In this document: piece after piece, positions 1-11,186 of the stretch
How the letters are laid out: each line of letters opens with the position of its first letter
How positions within the stretch are numbered: the first letter of the stretch is position 1
Assembly (NCBI GenBank): GCA_020184695.1
Contig: JAANOX010000061.1
Coordinates: 372,001-436,000 of the forward strand
Source: Histomonas meleagridis 2922-C6/04-290x
Lineage: Eukaryota > Protista > Parabasalia
Reading direction: 5' to 3'
DNA: 64,000 nucleotides
Program-made: the position numbers and the translations under genes
Notes under the pieces: model-generated
Seen by the model: only the letters and a program-made list of their open reading frames with translations
Told to the model about the DNA's origin: nothing
Databases searched by the model: none

Positions 1-111
1 AGCTTGAAATGATCAATAACATTCATATTCTCGAATTTATTTGATTCGCAAACATAAACATTTTTAGATAATTTTTAACATTTAAAGCCAAAAATCAGTT
101 TTATTTTGATT

Positions 112-1032
112 TTATTTAAAATTCATTTCGATTGAGATGTTCGGAGTCACTTTTTCAAACTTCGGCAACAAAATTTTGCATTTTGCATCAAACGAACCGA
201 ATTGTTTCCTTAGTGACAAATATGTACTCCCAGATGCACCTGTTTTGAACATTGCATCAATTGATTTATAATTTGTAGCAACACCAAAATTGATATCGAA
301 ATTACCTTTAAGTACCTTTTTTGCATTGACTGCAAAACGGAAATCACCAAGCTTAGTTTCCGCTTTTGCTTGAATAGTTTTGTTTTTCAAATTGTCAATT
401 TTGAATTGACCAGTTAATTTGTCATGATTTGTTTCCATAAAAGCACCAATAGTATTAGAGTGTTGCTCAAATTGCCTGGAAAAGCGATAAAATGCAAAAA
501 TATTTGAGGTTCCGATTGATGTTATTGAAGAAATTTCATCAGTTGTAAAGGAAAATATTTGTCTTAAGTATGGAAGAGTTATATCTAACTTAGCTGATAT
601 TGTTTTACCATATTTTAAATCAATATTTGTGTTTAATCGAGGAATCCTAAATTGTGAAGCAAGAGAAAAAATGTTTTTCCCTCTGAAATAGTGTGACTCG
701 AAAACAAATTTATGACCTGAAATATAAAACGGATGTGTGAATTCAAAGTTAGGATGTAATGTTCCACTTGGTATGAATTTATCTAATGAAATTACTAATT
801 TTGATTCTCCCATTTGTGGTAGGAAAGAAAAAATTGGGCTTTCACTACTTTCACCAAATGAACAAGTAAAAATACCATAAGGTGAATTACAAATTGAATT
901 CATTGAGTAATGATCTCCATTTTTATTTAACAGTATTGAATTTTCATCTTTAGAAACCTTTAGTGTTTGACCTTCCGGTATTTCATTTTTTAATATTTCC
1001 TTACCAATTTGATTTACTTTCTCGCTGTTCAT
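112..1032 (-). CDS. Beta-barrel-like protein, possibly Tom40/VDAC (porin_3) family of the hydrogenosomal outer membrane
   Basis: 306 aa; N-terminal helix then alternating polar/hydrophobic beta-strand pattern throughout; C-terminus ISIEMNFK resembles a beta-signal. The family call is inference. Confidence 0.4.
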   Translation of the reverse strand: MNSEKVNQIGKEILKNEIPEGQTLKVSKDENSILLNKNGDHYSMNSICNSPYGIFTCSFGESSESPIFSFLPQMGESKLVISLDKFIPSGTLHPNFEFTHPFYISGHKFVFESHYFRGKNIFSLASQFRIPRLNTNIDLKYGKTISAKLDITLPYLRQIFSFTTDEISSITSIGTSNIFAFYRFSRQFEQHSNTIGAFMETNHDKLTGQFKIDNLKNKTIQAKAETKLGDFRFAVNAKKVLKGNFDINFGVATNYKSIDAMFKTGASGSTYLSLRKQFGSFDAKCKILLPKFEKVTPNISIEMNFK

Positions 1033-1188
1033 TGATCAATTAAACGTTCGTTTTTTATGAAAACGGTTATTATAAACTTTTCAAAATCACATCACACCTT
1101 CATTTAAATAGTTTACATTATAATTTAATAATAATTAAAAAAAAATAAAAAATACGCTTTTATTACTGCAATTTATTTCTGTTTATAA

Positions 1189-2955
1189 TTATTGACCACT
1201 AATTTTGGAAAGAACATTTTTACCATAATCATAATTCATTAGCTCTGCATATTGGTGTGGTGTACAATTAATAAGAAAATAACTCCACGAAAACAAAATA
1301 ACAAACAACACATTTCAAATTCACATCGATTCCTTCTTTTGCTAATAACAAGTCAACGATTTCATCATTTTTTTCAACGACAGCCCAATGTAAAGGTGTT
1401 CTTCCAATTATATCCTGTATATTAACATTTATATTCTTTTCATTCAATAGTACTTTAGCGCATTCGAATTTTCTATTTTTTAAAGCGATATGCAAAGGAG
1501 TTCTTTCGAAATTATCCTGAGCATTAACATCAGCTCCATCGATTGTTAGTAATTTTTCTAAAACCTCTTTATAACCATAATAAGCAGATGTATGTAATTG
1601 AGTTTTAAATAAAAAGAACAAACATTCAACAAATAAAAAAAACAGAGAAACAAACAAAAAAATTATCCTATATTTTGTAATTTCGAAACCTTTTTTCGAA
1701 AGAATTGCTAAAGCGATTTTTATTGATCCTGAATATAATGCGAAATCGATTGGTGTATGAAAAGAAAAAAAAGAAATTCCATAAACATCAAACAAATACA
1801 ACTACATTTTTGATTTAAATTAATGTTTTTTTGTTCGACAAGAAGTCTAACAATATCATAATGACCATATAAAGAAGCATAATGAAGAGGCGTTTCAAAA
1901 ACGCCGTTCCTAAAGTTAATATCAGCTCCATTTTGAATGCACCATAAAGTCATATGAATATTATTAGTTCCAATTGCTTGATGAAGTATAGTGCCGACTT
2001 TAGTATTCGGATCAATTAAAGTCGATTTACTTTCCAAATATTTAATTAAATTGTTTCGATGATGACTTGCAGCGATCAAAAAACAATTTTCGAACTTAAA
2101 GTCTTCTATTAAAGGAAAAATTTTATCGCTTGAACCTGATGTAGCAAACATTTCAATAGTTCGTTTAGCTTCATCCATTCCATTTGTTTTTGCACCTTTC
2201 CCAAGTAAAAATTTAAAACATTTTGGAGCATTAAAATATGCAGCTAAATGAATTAAACTTGGTTTCCGTTCAAGAACATAAAAGCGATCATAACATGATG
2301 GTTCAAGCGTATAATATAAAAAACAATTTTGAAGACCATTTGGATCATCTTTAAGAAAGCATTCAATACATGGATCATCATTCAAACCTTTAGAACGTAA
2401 GGTTTTAAGCAATGAAAAGTCATTCGCAAAAAGCGAATCTTTGCGTTTCCAAAATGATTCAATGTCAGGTGTTGTGAAGCTTGAAGGAGGTTGGGTGATC
2501 GAATTAAAGAGATCAGGATCAATCTCTTTGATTTCTGGGGCAAACCAGACAAAAAGAAGTGAATATTCATAAATGGAACTGGTAGAAATAAAGTATCTGA
2601 ATCTTGACATGATATCATCAATGGAAAAAAAGTGGCTTTCATATAAACAAAAATAAAAATATGGCCTAAAGCATTGGTTTTCTTTTTGAAAATCTAGTTC
2701 TTCAAAAAGAACTGTTTTGAAATTGGGAATTATTGATGATATATCTATGCATAATTTAACATATAATGGAATAGAAAACGGACGAAAGCTTGATGCATAG
2801 TTTAGTATGTGAGCAAGCGATTCAACTCCATCATCTGTTCTGAGATATTGATTGGAAACTATGGTTTCTTTTACCGTTTCATAATTTTCTTCACTAATGC
2901 TTTCAATGCTTTCTTGTATAGCTTCCAAGTTTTTTAAAATACTTAAAGGATCCAT
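1189..2955 (-). CDS. DUF3447-type/ankyrin repeat protein, interrupted by three U-rich non-GT-AG spacers (44, 63, 43 nt)
   Basis: Likely ATG at 2955 (MDPLS); SLIHLAAYFNAPKCFKFLL motif; ankyrin repeats (ETPLHYA, RTPLHIA, RTPLHWA). Joins ORFs 1720-3000 and 1268-1801 plus a last TPHQYA repeat in a third frame ending at TAA 1189-1191. Confidence 0.8.
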
Positions 2956-3933
2956 TTCTTCAGAATTTTGTAATTTTTTGGTATCACATAAAGTTGGCAA
3001 AAAACAAGTACGATAGGTTTTCTGAAGTTTACAATATCACAAGAGTATTTTATCACGCCCAACATGTAGTTATGGCTTATTTCAGATTGGAATAAGTTTC
3101 AAAATCTAGATTTCAAAAAAAAATTCTTAAATTCTCTCATAAATTCCCTCCATTTTTTAAGAGTGCTTAAAAAATAGCCATTGGCAAGTAACTTTAGCTT
3201 CATTTAACAAATATTGAGTAAAATTTCATTTATTTATTTCAACGCGTTTTCTCTCAGCATTTTTTGTATATATGGGATTTTCCATGCATTTCTGGAACTT
3301 TTCCCCAGTCACTTTTACAATTAAGGAAATATAAAAAAAGTATACATTACGAAATAAACTATTCAATAAAATCAAATATAAAATATATTTATCTCATCAA
3401 GCAGCCAATTACTTATAAATTTCTAAATTATTTATAAATATTAAGTATCATAAAAAATTTATGTTAAACTCTCTGCCAATATAGTGTATATTCAAATTTG
3501 AATTGGTATATCGGCTAGCCGAAATAGTTCATTTTTCCACACGAAACCAAAAGAACATTGCGAATGGGAAATACTTCTATCAATAAATCAAGTAATTTTT
3601 GGTTTGAATGATAAAATTTCTCTAAGTATTTAGGTTTAATAATCAACAAATTTGATGAAATCCATCCTTTATCTTATGATTTAATTATTATTCAAATGAT
3701 ATATTATTCCTTTGTGATTAAAAATAATAATGTAGATTTATTTTTGAATTTTATAAAAAAAATATGAGCATTATGATATTAATACAAATGAATCATCTTA
3801 TCTTCTTGAAGCTATGATTGAACATAATTTTCTTGAACCAAAGATGTAAAAAACAACCAGAGTGCTTATTTTGTACATTATATACCTAACAACAAATTAG
3901 CAATCCATTTAAGGGAATATGGTTTAGTAAATT

Positions 3934-4832
3934 ATGAAGAACATTCAAAGAATGATTGGGAATTATCTTTATGAAAGTAAAATTGAAGAAATTAATAATT
4001 TAGAAGAACTTGGAAAGTTGTGTATTTCATATCATAATTATGAAATATTTTCATTTTTACTTAAAGAAGGAATGAAAATCAATGATGATATTATTAATGA
4101 ATCAGCAATTATTAGAAACATTTTTTTAGTTGAATATTTTCTTAAAGAGCATGCAATTCCGCATGATATTTTGGTACTATCAGTTGGATCAGGAAATATT
4201 GAACTTACGTTCTTGAACAAGAAGGGATTGATATTAATGCCGAAGTTATTTATATGTTTTATTTAATTTTTATTTTAATCATTTGGAAATTCAAAATATT
4301 ATTAGGAAATTATTTAAATTCTTTAATACAGCACTTATGAAAGCATCTTCAAATGGTCATACAGAAATTGTTAAATTACTTCTTGAACAAGAAGGAATTG
4401 ATATTAAAGCTAAAAATATTTATTTGTTTTATTTAAGATTTATTTTCATAATTTGGAAATTATTCAAAATATTTGGAACAGCACTAATGCTGGCATCTAA
4501 AATTGGTAATGTAGAAATTACTAAATTACTTCTTAAACATGAAGGGATTAACATTAATGATAAAAATATTTATTCGTTTTATTTAAAATTTATTTTGAAA
4601 ATATAATAATTAATAATTATTTTTGGGAATCATTCAAATTATTTTCTACAGCACTTATGTGCGCAATTCAAAATTTCAACACAGAAATTTTACATTTCAA
4701 AATAATATTTGGAATTACTTATTAACATTTGAAACCGCGCTAATGATAGCATCAGAAAAGAAAAATACATATACTATTCAATTGTTTGCAGACAAAATTC
4801 AACATCAGAAATGTGGCCACATTCTAAAATAA
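3934..4832 (+). pseudogene. 5'-truncated ankyrin repeat gene with spacer-interrupted repeats
   Basis: Modules NTALMKASSNGHTEIVKLLLEQEGID and GTALMLASKIGNVE; spacers of 77 nt (4248-4324), 57 nt and 77 nt (4568-4644); internal deletions near 4210 and 4690. Confidence 0.75.
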
Positions 4833-5420
4833 AAAGATTCGAAAGGATAAAATGAAAAACTTAATTATTGAAATAAACCTTTTATAAATTCACTTTGTTT
4901 TAACAGATTTTTATTAACTCATGAAATTTGATTAATATTATTATAAACTTCATATAATAATTTTGCTTCAAAATTTGATATATTGAATATTTTATTAGGG
5001 TGGATTTTTGTGATCAAAACCGATTTTTTTGAGCTAATCTTTTGCTATCTAGTTGGCAATATTTTTAATTTTCTTATGGCGAAATGGGATAATTTGATTT
5101 TATTATAAAAATATAATTGAAAGTTATTGAAAACACACTCAAAAATCGTTATGTGATCAAAATAAATTCAAAATTTAAATTTGCCTTCACCCTTGGGGAC
5201 AAGCTTGATATATATGTATATTTCATTGAAGAATTTTTCAAATGAGCATTTTGACATCACCTGTATCATATAAGAAACTTTGAATAAACTACAATCATTT
5301 CTAAAATGTGATCATGGCGTCCTCAAAAACGTTATCATTCAAAAATTTTCACTCAAAAAGTCACTATAAAATCTTGTATTCTAGCAAAACGGCATTTTTG
5401 GTAAAATTTTATTCATATAC

Positions 5421-6986
5421 ATGGATGAAAATGAAATTTTTCAGGCTGATGTACAATTAGGAATCACTGAAGAAACATATTGCAGTGGAACTTTCTTTTT
5501 ATATCTAAACAATGGATATGCATATTTTGAATGGAAGCCTTCTAATCAAATTTCCGATTATTTAAGAAATTTTTATATTCCAAGCCTTATTGTTATTCCG
5601 TTTTATCAAATAGATGAGCTTAAAAGAATTGATCTTTCAACTCTCATTTTTATTATGAAAGATTCTCAAAAATTAGAATTCAGGTTCACTGGAGAATGTG
5701 ATGTAGTCATTACTTCTTTACAAGAAAAATTATGGAACTATAAACTTGTAACCAGCTACAATAACAAATCCATCAATTTAAATCCTGCAAATATGAAAAA
5801 TCCACCCATAGATGCCATTCCTACCAATCCAATTTCATCTAGCAATGCGCACAATCTTGAAATCCACAATAAAATTATTAAAAAATTAATTTCTTCCTCA
5901 GAAAACAAACATGAAATTCCTGTATCGATAGAAGACTTTAATAACTTTGATAAACTTGATAAACTCAGGAACGAAATTTTTCATCGTGGTATTGATCATA
6001 AATCTCGAGCATTTATATGGCCTTATCTTTTAGATGTCATTCCAACCAATTCTAATGGTGCTAAAGTCGAAGAACATCTTCAACGCCTCCAGAAAGTGTA
6101 CGAATCCATATTTAACCAAGCAAGACAGTTCACAAATTTTCAAAAGTCTACACGCGGCAAAATTAAAAACATTACAACGGTTATACACAACGATGTGGCA
6201 CGCAACGATAGGAATATGCCTGCGTTTCATGATAACGATTCACCTAACCTTGAGCTTTTGAAAAATGTTTTAACAACATACGCATTATATAATCGTGATT
6301 CAGGATATGTTCAAGGAATGAATGATATCGTAACTCCATTTATTCTATTGTATATTAAATATTGGGAAAATGGAGAAGCAATTTTTTATGATGACTCAAG
6401 GAAAAGCCAAAAAGAAGCAGAAAGTTTTATTTTTTGGAACTTCGTTAACTTCATGAGCATTACTCAACAATATATAATTTTTAATGATTTTTCTGTTAAC
6501 CATGAAATTGCATTAAAAAAAATTCGGAAAATTGTTCAAATTATTCATCGTCCCCTGTCAAATTTACTTGATGAGTCTGGAGTAACTTACATGTTCTTCT
6601 TAATTAGACCTTTTATGCTGTTCCTGAAAAGAGATTTAAAAGAAGAAGACGTCTTCAGGCTGTGGGATTCAATAATAACCGCAAAATCTTTGGGTTTTCC
6701 GATGTTTACAACGACGGTTTTGTTTATGCTGGGGTACCCCGACTTTTTGATGTCAAAAGATGGAAAAACAGAAAAATTTGGATTGTTCATGGGTAACATT
6801 GGAAAAGAAATAAATGTCGAATACATAATTAAAATGGCGGATAAATTAGAGCAAGAAATTAATGATTTGGAAGATATGGAATTGAAAAATGAAATTATAC
6901 AACCAATTCAGGAAAATACGGAATTGCTTGACTACCAGCCTAAGTATTTGAAGTTAAGTAAAATTGTTGAAAAAAAATATATTTAA
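5421..6986 (+). CDS. TBC-domain Rab GTPase-activating protein (TBC1D15/16-like)
   Basis: IHNDVARNDR (IxxDxxR) and GYVQGMNDIVTPF (YxQG) catalytic motifs; RLWD motif. Confidence 0.9.
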   Translation: MDENEIFQADVQLGITEETYCSGTFFLYLNNGYAYFEWKPSNQISDYLRNFYIPSLIVIPFYQIDELKRIDLSTLIFIMKDSQKLEFRFTGECDVVITSLQEKLWNYKLVTSYNNKSINLNPANMKNPPIDAIPTNPISSSNAHNLEIHNKIIKKLISSSENKHEIPVSIEDFNNFDKLDKLRNEIFHRGIDHKSRAFIWPYLLDVIPTNSNGAKVEEHLQRLQKVYESIFNQARQFTNFQKSTRGKIKNITTVIHNDVARNDRNMPAFHDNDSPNLELLKNVLTTYALYNRDSGYVQGMNDIVTPFILLYIKYWENGEAIFYDDSRKSQKEAESFIFWNFVNFMSITQQYIIFNDFSVNHEIALKKIRKIVQIIHRPLSNLLDESGVTYMFFLIRPFMLFLKRDLKEEDVFRLWDSIITAKSLGFPMFTTTVLFMLGYPDFLMSKDGKTEKFGLFMGNIGKEINVEYIIKMADKLEQEINDLEDMELKNEIIQPIQENTELLDYQPKYLKLSKIVEKKYI

Positions 6987-7203
6987 ACATAAATTTAAAT
7001 TATTATTTTGAATTATATCTTTGTTTTTCTTAAGATATTTTTAATTCTAATTGGGTTTTGTGATGTGTTTGTTTAAACAAGGCTTTGCATATTACAACTC
7101 TAGATTTTTGTCGAGCAAACAAAAAAGTTTTGCAAATGTGATGTGACTTTTGTCACTTTTATTTGATAAAATCGGTTTTGTGAAATCGATAGATATTTAA
7201 GTT

Positions 7204-8241
7204 ATGTTTTTACTGTTCTGTTTTGCTGCTTCAAAAAAATTTGAGCTAACTGATGAAAATGTCATAAAGGCCATAGAAGATTCATACAAGTCTCCAATGT
7301 TTCTCTTCTTTTATAAGCCAAATTGTCCAAGATGCAAAAATCTTCCTGAATTATTTAATGAGTTAACCAACAAGACAGAAAACGAAAACATTCTTCTAGC
7401 TGCTATTGATTGCTCGAATAGCCAACTGGGGATGGCATTAGGAGTAACTGCTCTTCCACATTTCATATTTATTTCTTCACCAAATCCAAATTATTGGTTT
7501 CATTCACGCTCAATGACTCTCCCTAAAATGGAGGACCTTATACATAGGTATGTTACACCTAATGTTACCAAAATCACAAGTTCTTCACAAACCACAGATT
7601 TCATCAAACGAGTCAGGAAAGGAGGTTCTGTTTTCCAACTCACCGTTCCAGAAGAAGGTCATCCACTTATCCAACAATTTACTGATATATCCATAAAATA
7701 TCTCGGATTATATTGCACCTTCATTTACGATATAAATCCCGAAGTTACAAGCCCAACACTTACTGTATACCGCTCTACTGAATGTTCTCTTTCATTTTCT
7801 ATAAGCGATGAATCTCAACTCGAACAAATAATTGAACAATATCGATTTTCACACTATCGTTCTCTTAACTGGTACGAATGGAACCGATTCTTCCTTCAAT
7901 CTCCATCAATTGTTTTCCTTAATAATCGAAATACGGTAGAAAAATCTGGTGCTCATGATTTATTCAAAAATATATCGAAAGAATACTGCAATAAAATGGA
8001 AATTGGAATAAATGACGTTGGCAAAGAAGTAACAATTTTGACCAATACTCATCAGCCAGCAATTGAGGAAACAAATGTATTGTATGCATATCCAAAGAAA
8101 CAATGCTCACTAATGAAGAGTTATAAAGAAGGATTTGAAGGAATAAAGGCGATGATAGAAGGCGCTGAGAATGATGAGAAATGTATGAAATTTGAATCGA
8201 ATACATTCCCAATGAAAGAGGAGACAAATCAAGAACTATGA
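7204..8241 (+). CDS. Secreted/ER thioredoxin-fold (PDI-like) protein
   Basis: Short hydrophobic signal MFLLFCFAAS; FYKPNCPRC CxxC motif; AAIDC and GVTALPHF (cis-Pro) motifs; C-terminal QEL. Confidence 0.75.
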   Translation: MFLLFCFAASKKFELTDENVIKAIEDSYKSPMFLFFYKPNCPRCKNLPELFNELTNKTENENILLAAIDCSNSQLGMALGVTALPHFIFISSPNPNYWFHSRSMTLPKMEDLIHRYVTPNVTKITSSSQTTDFIKRVRKGGSVFQLTVPEEGHPLIQQFTDISIKYLGLYCTFIYDINPEVTSPTLTVYRSTECSLSFSISDESQLEQIIEQYRFSHYRSLNWYEWNRFFLQSPSIVFLNNRNTVEKSGAHDLFKNISKEYCNKMEIGINDVGKEVTILTNTHQPAIEETNVLYAYPKKQCSLMKSYKEGFEGIKAMIEGAENDEKCMKFESNTFPMKEETNQEL

Positions 8242-8421
8242 GTGACATTGAAGACTTTTATAAACATAGCCTTTTTTGCCGTAAGATTATCTTTTTTGCT
8301 ATTTGATTATGATCCAAACTTTGGGGTGGTTCATGTTTGAAAACGTTCAAAAAAAATTATTTTAAAGATTTTAATTTAGTCAAATATATTCATTAAGAGC
8401 AATTTCTCTGATATTTCAGAA

Positions 8422-8502
8422 GACGACTTGGCCGAGTGGTTAAGGCGAGGGATTGCTAATCCCTTGTGCTTGCACGCGTGGGTTCGAATCCCATGGTCGT
8501 CG
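8422..8502 (+). tRNA. tRNA-Ser (anticodon GCT)
   Basis: Acceptor GACGACT/GGTCGTC; D-loop AGTGGTTAA; anticodon arm AGGGA-TTGCTAA-TCCCT; long variable arm; GTTCGAATC T-loop. Confidence 0.97.
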
Positions 8503-8833
8503 TTTTTTGTTTTTTTTTGAACTAATATTAAAAACACTGATCACAACACCTTAAGCAATTATGGCCTAGCCATACCACATATTCAACAATAATTAATTTC
8601 ATATTGGCTATTGTTAGATATGATTAATTTTTTTTTTTAAATATCAAGAAAAAATGGTAAAATTTTGATTACTTGCTTTAATAGTGTATGGAAATCATTA
8701 TTTGACGAAATATCGCATCAAATAAATTTACAATTGGTCGTTTTGATTGATTTAAAAATTAAAAAGTGACATATTTTCTTGTTTTTCACATCACATATCG
8801 CTTGCTCAACGGTTTGGCCCATCCTTTCGAGCG

Positions 8834-9301
8834 ATGTCTGATATCCAAACAGAGCGCGCATTCCAAAAGCAAAAGCAAATTTGCCTTGCTTCAAAGAAAT
8901 ACCGTGGATCCGATAAGAAACCACGTTACACAAAGAACATTGGCCTTGGAATTACAACACCAAAGTCTGCTATAGAAGGAAATTATATTGACCATAAATG
9001 CCCATTCACAAGCGATGTTTCAATCCGTGGACGCGTTATGCGCGGAGTCGTTGTTTCAACAAAGATGAAGAGAACAGTTATTGTTCGTCGTGATTATCTC
9101 CAATACATCCGTAAATACAAGCGTTTCGAAAAACGCCATACAAAGATCCCAGCTCATTGCAGCCCATGCTTCATTGTTAAGGAAGGAGATATTGTTCAAA
9201 TTGGTGAATGCCGTCCACTTTCAAAGACAGTTCACTTCAATGTTATTTCTGTTAAGCCTTGCGCTGTTGGTGCTGACAAGAAGCAATTCAGAGTCTTCTA
9301 A
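8834..9301 (+). CDS. RPS11: 40S ribosomal protein S11 (uS17)
   Basis: [48 protein letters not shown] and [14 protein letters not shown] signature. Confidence 0.98.
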   Translation: MSDIQTERAFQKQKQICLASKKYRGSDKKPRYTKNIGLGITTPKSAIEGNYIDHKCPFTSDVSIRGRVMRGVVVSTKMKRTVIVRRDYLQYIRKYKRFEKRHTKIPAHCSPCFIVKEGDIVQIGECRPLSKTVHFNVISVKPCAVGADKKQFRVF

Positions 9302-9406
9302 ACAAGGAGAAATTTTCTTTTCTTTTTTTCGGTATTTTGGGGCGCCCCAAAACGTTAACTTTAACGGTTTTAACCAAACAGAACAAATTTTTTTGAGTTT
9401 GCAGCA

Positions 9407-10690
9407 ATGTCTATTCTTGCCTCGAATGCTGTTCCAAAGATAACTCACCTGTCAAATGGTATAAAAGTTGCCACCATTCCTGTTTTATCTGAACTTTCTA
9501 CTGTTGGAATATGGGTAAAATCAGGTTCAATTTACGAAAATAAAGAAAATAATGGTGTTGCTCACTTCTTAGAACATGTTATTTTCCATGGAAATGAAAA
9601 ATATCCGCAAGAACAACTTGAAAAATTGGCGGACCAAAAAGGAATAAATCTTAAAGCAGCAACATCTAGAACCACAACATCATTTTTTGCTCTTACAGAA
9701 CAGAAGCAAATTCCACAAGCTGTTGACATTCTTTCTCAAATTGTTTTTAATCCCTCAATCACAGACAAAGTTGTTAATCTAGAAAAACCGACAATTCTCG
9801 AAGAAGAATTTGAAGTTGCGCATGACTTCAACGAAGTTCTTTGGGACCGTCTTCACGAAGTCTCATTTCCAGACAGCTCAGTTGGAAGACCAATTCTTGG
9901 AACCAAACCCACAATCACATCGATCACCCCCAAGATGCTTGTTGAACACCACAGCAAATTCTTTAACCCACATAATTGTTACTTCATCTGTGCTTCAAAG
10001 CTCCCACATGAACAGATCGTCGAAGCTGTTCATAAAGCAACAGAATTCATCAAGCAATGTAAACCATTCAATATAGAAACGGTCGACAAAATCACAAAAG
10101 TGCACTTTTCGCCAAGAGCGCAACTATTTACATCGAAAGCATTAGATCGCTCATGGTGCGGAATTGGTATTTCTGGTCCATCTCTTTCTGCACCTCTTTA
10201 CCCTGCTTGTCAACTTGTTCGCTCCATTATTGGAGATGTTGATCCTGCTTCTCTTCAACGCCCACCTCTTCTCGAATCCAGTTCAATTAAGCGCCTTAGC
10301 ATTCAGTATGTTCCTTACAATGCAACCGGTTTACTTGCATTTATTGGTGATACTGATTTTGGGCGCGAACAACAATGGATTGATACAGTTGTCAAAGGTA
10401 TACAACGAGCAACCGTAGATTTAACCGATGATGACCTGAAAATGGGAAAACTACAATTAGTAGATAAACTTTCAAAGAATCTTACATCAACTGTGGCCGT
10501 TGCTGACGACCTCGGCCTGAATCTTCTGCTAGCGAAGAGTTGGAGGTCACCAGATCAGTGGAAGGAGATAGTAAGCAAAATCACAAAAGAACATATGCAA
10601 CAATTTGCGATGACATACTTGAACAAAAAGCCGTTTTCTGCTGTAATGTTCATGCCAACCAACCAAGAGGAGGAAAAGAAACAAAAATAG
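9407..10690 (+). CDS. Hydrogenosomal/mitochondrial processing peptidase beta subunit (M16)
   Basis: ITHLSNGIKVAT start; inverted zincin HFLEH; EKPTILEE; LHEVSF..LGRPILG; short presequence-like N-terminus. Confidence 0.9.
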   Translation: MSILASNAVPKITHLSNGIKVATIPVLSELSTVGIWVKSGSIYENKENNGVAHFLEHVIFHGNEKYPQEQLEKLADQKGINLKAATSRTTTSFFALTEQKQIPQAVDILSQIVFNPSITDKVVNLEKPTILEEEFEVAHDFNEVLWDRLHEVSFPDSSVGRPILGTKPTITSITPKMLVEHHSKFFNPHNCYFICASKLPHEQIVEAVHKATEFIKQCKPFNIETVDKITKVHFSPRAQLFTSKALDRSWCGIGISGPSLSAPLYPACQLVRSIIGDVDPASLQRPPLLESSSIKRLSIQYVPYNATGLLAFIGDTDFGREQQWIDTVVKGIQRATVDLTDDDLKMGKLQLVDKLSKNLTSTVAVADDLGLNLLLAKSWRSPDQWKEIVSKITKEHMQQFAMTYLNKKPFSAVMFMPTNQEEEKKQK

Positions 10691-11186
10691 AGTAAAATTT
10701 AAATTTTTTATTATTACATTTAAAATGCTTTCATAGCTTTTGATGTATATTTATTATATGCAAACGAAATTCATTTATTCGTTGTGTATCCCATTATGTT
10801 TGCACTGTTAAGATTAAATTAGCGATTTTTTATAATTAATGCAAGTATAGTAACATTTGTTATATTCTGAAAAATAAAGTATATTTATTAAATTAAGTGT
10901 CTGATAAAATCATTAAGATTTTTTTGTTGTTTGTATATGATAAATTTAGAATTTTGTAGAAAAGAAAATTTTAAAAATTGATTCTACATATAAAAGATCA
11001 ATTTGATAATAAAAGCATGGATCAAATATATCGCTCCTTCAATAATTTGTTGAATTTTTTGATAAAAAACAAAATTCTCTTGAAATAAAGTTAATTAAAA
11101 TCTTAGATAATTAAAACATCTTCATTATTATTTTATATTTATTATATATTCGAAATTACTTTTTCTAAATTTAAGTATCAGCAAAT

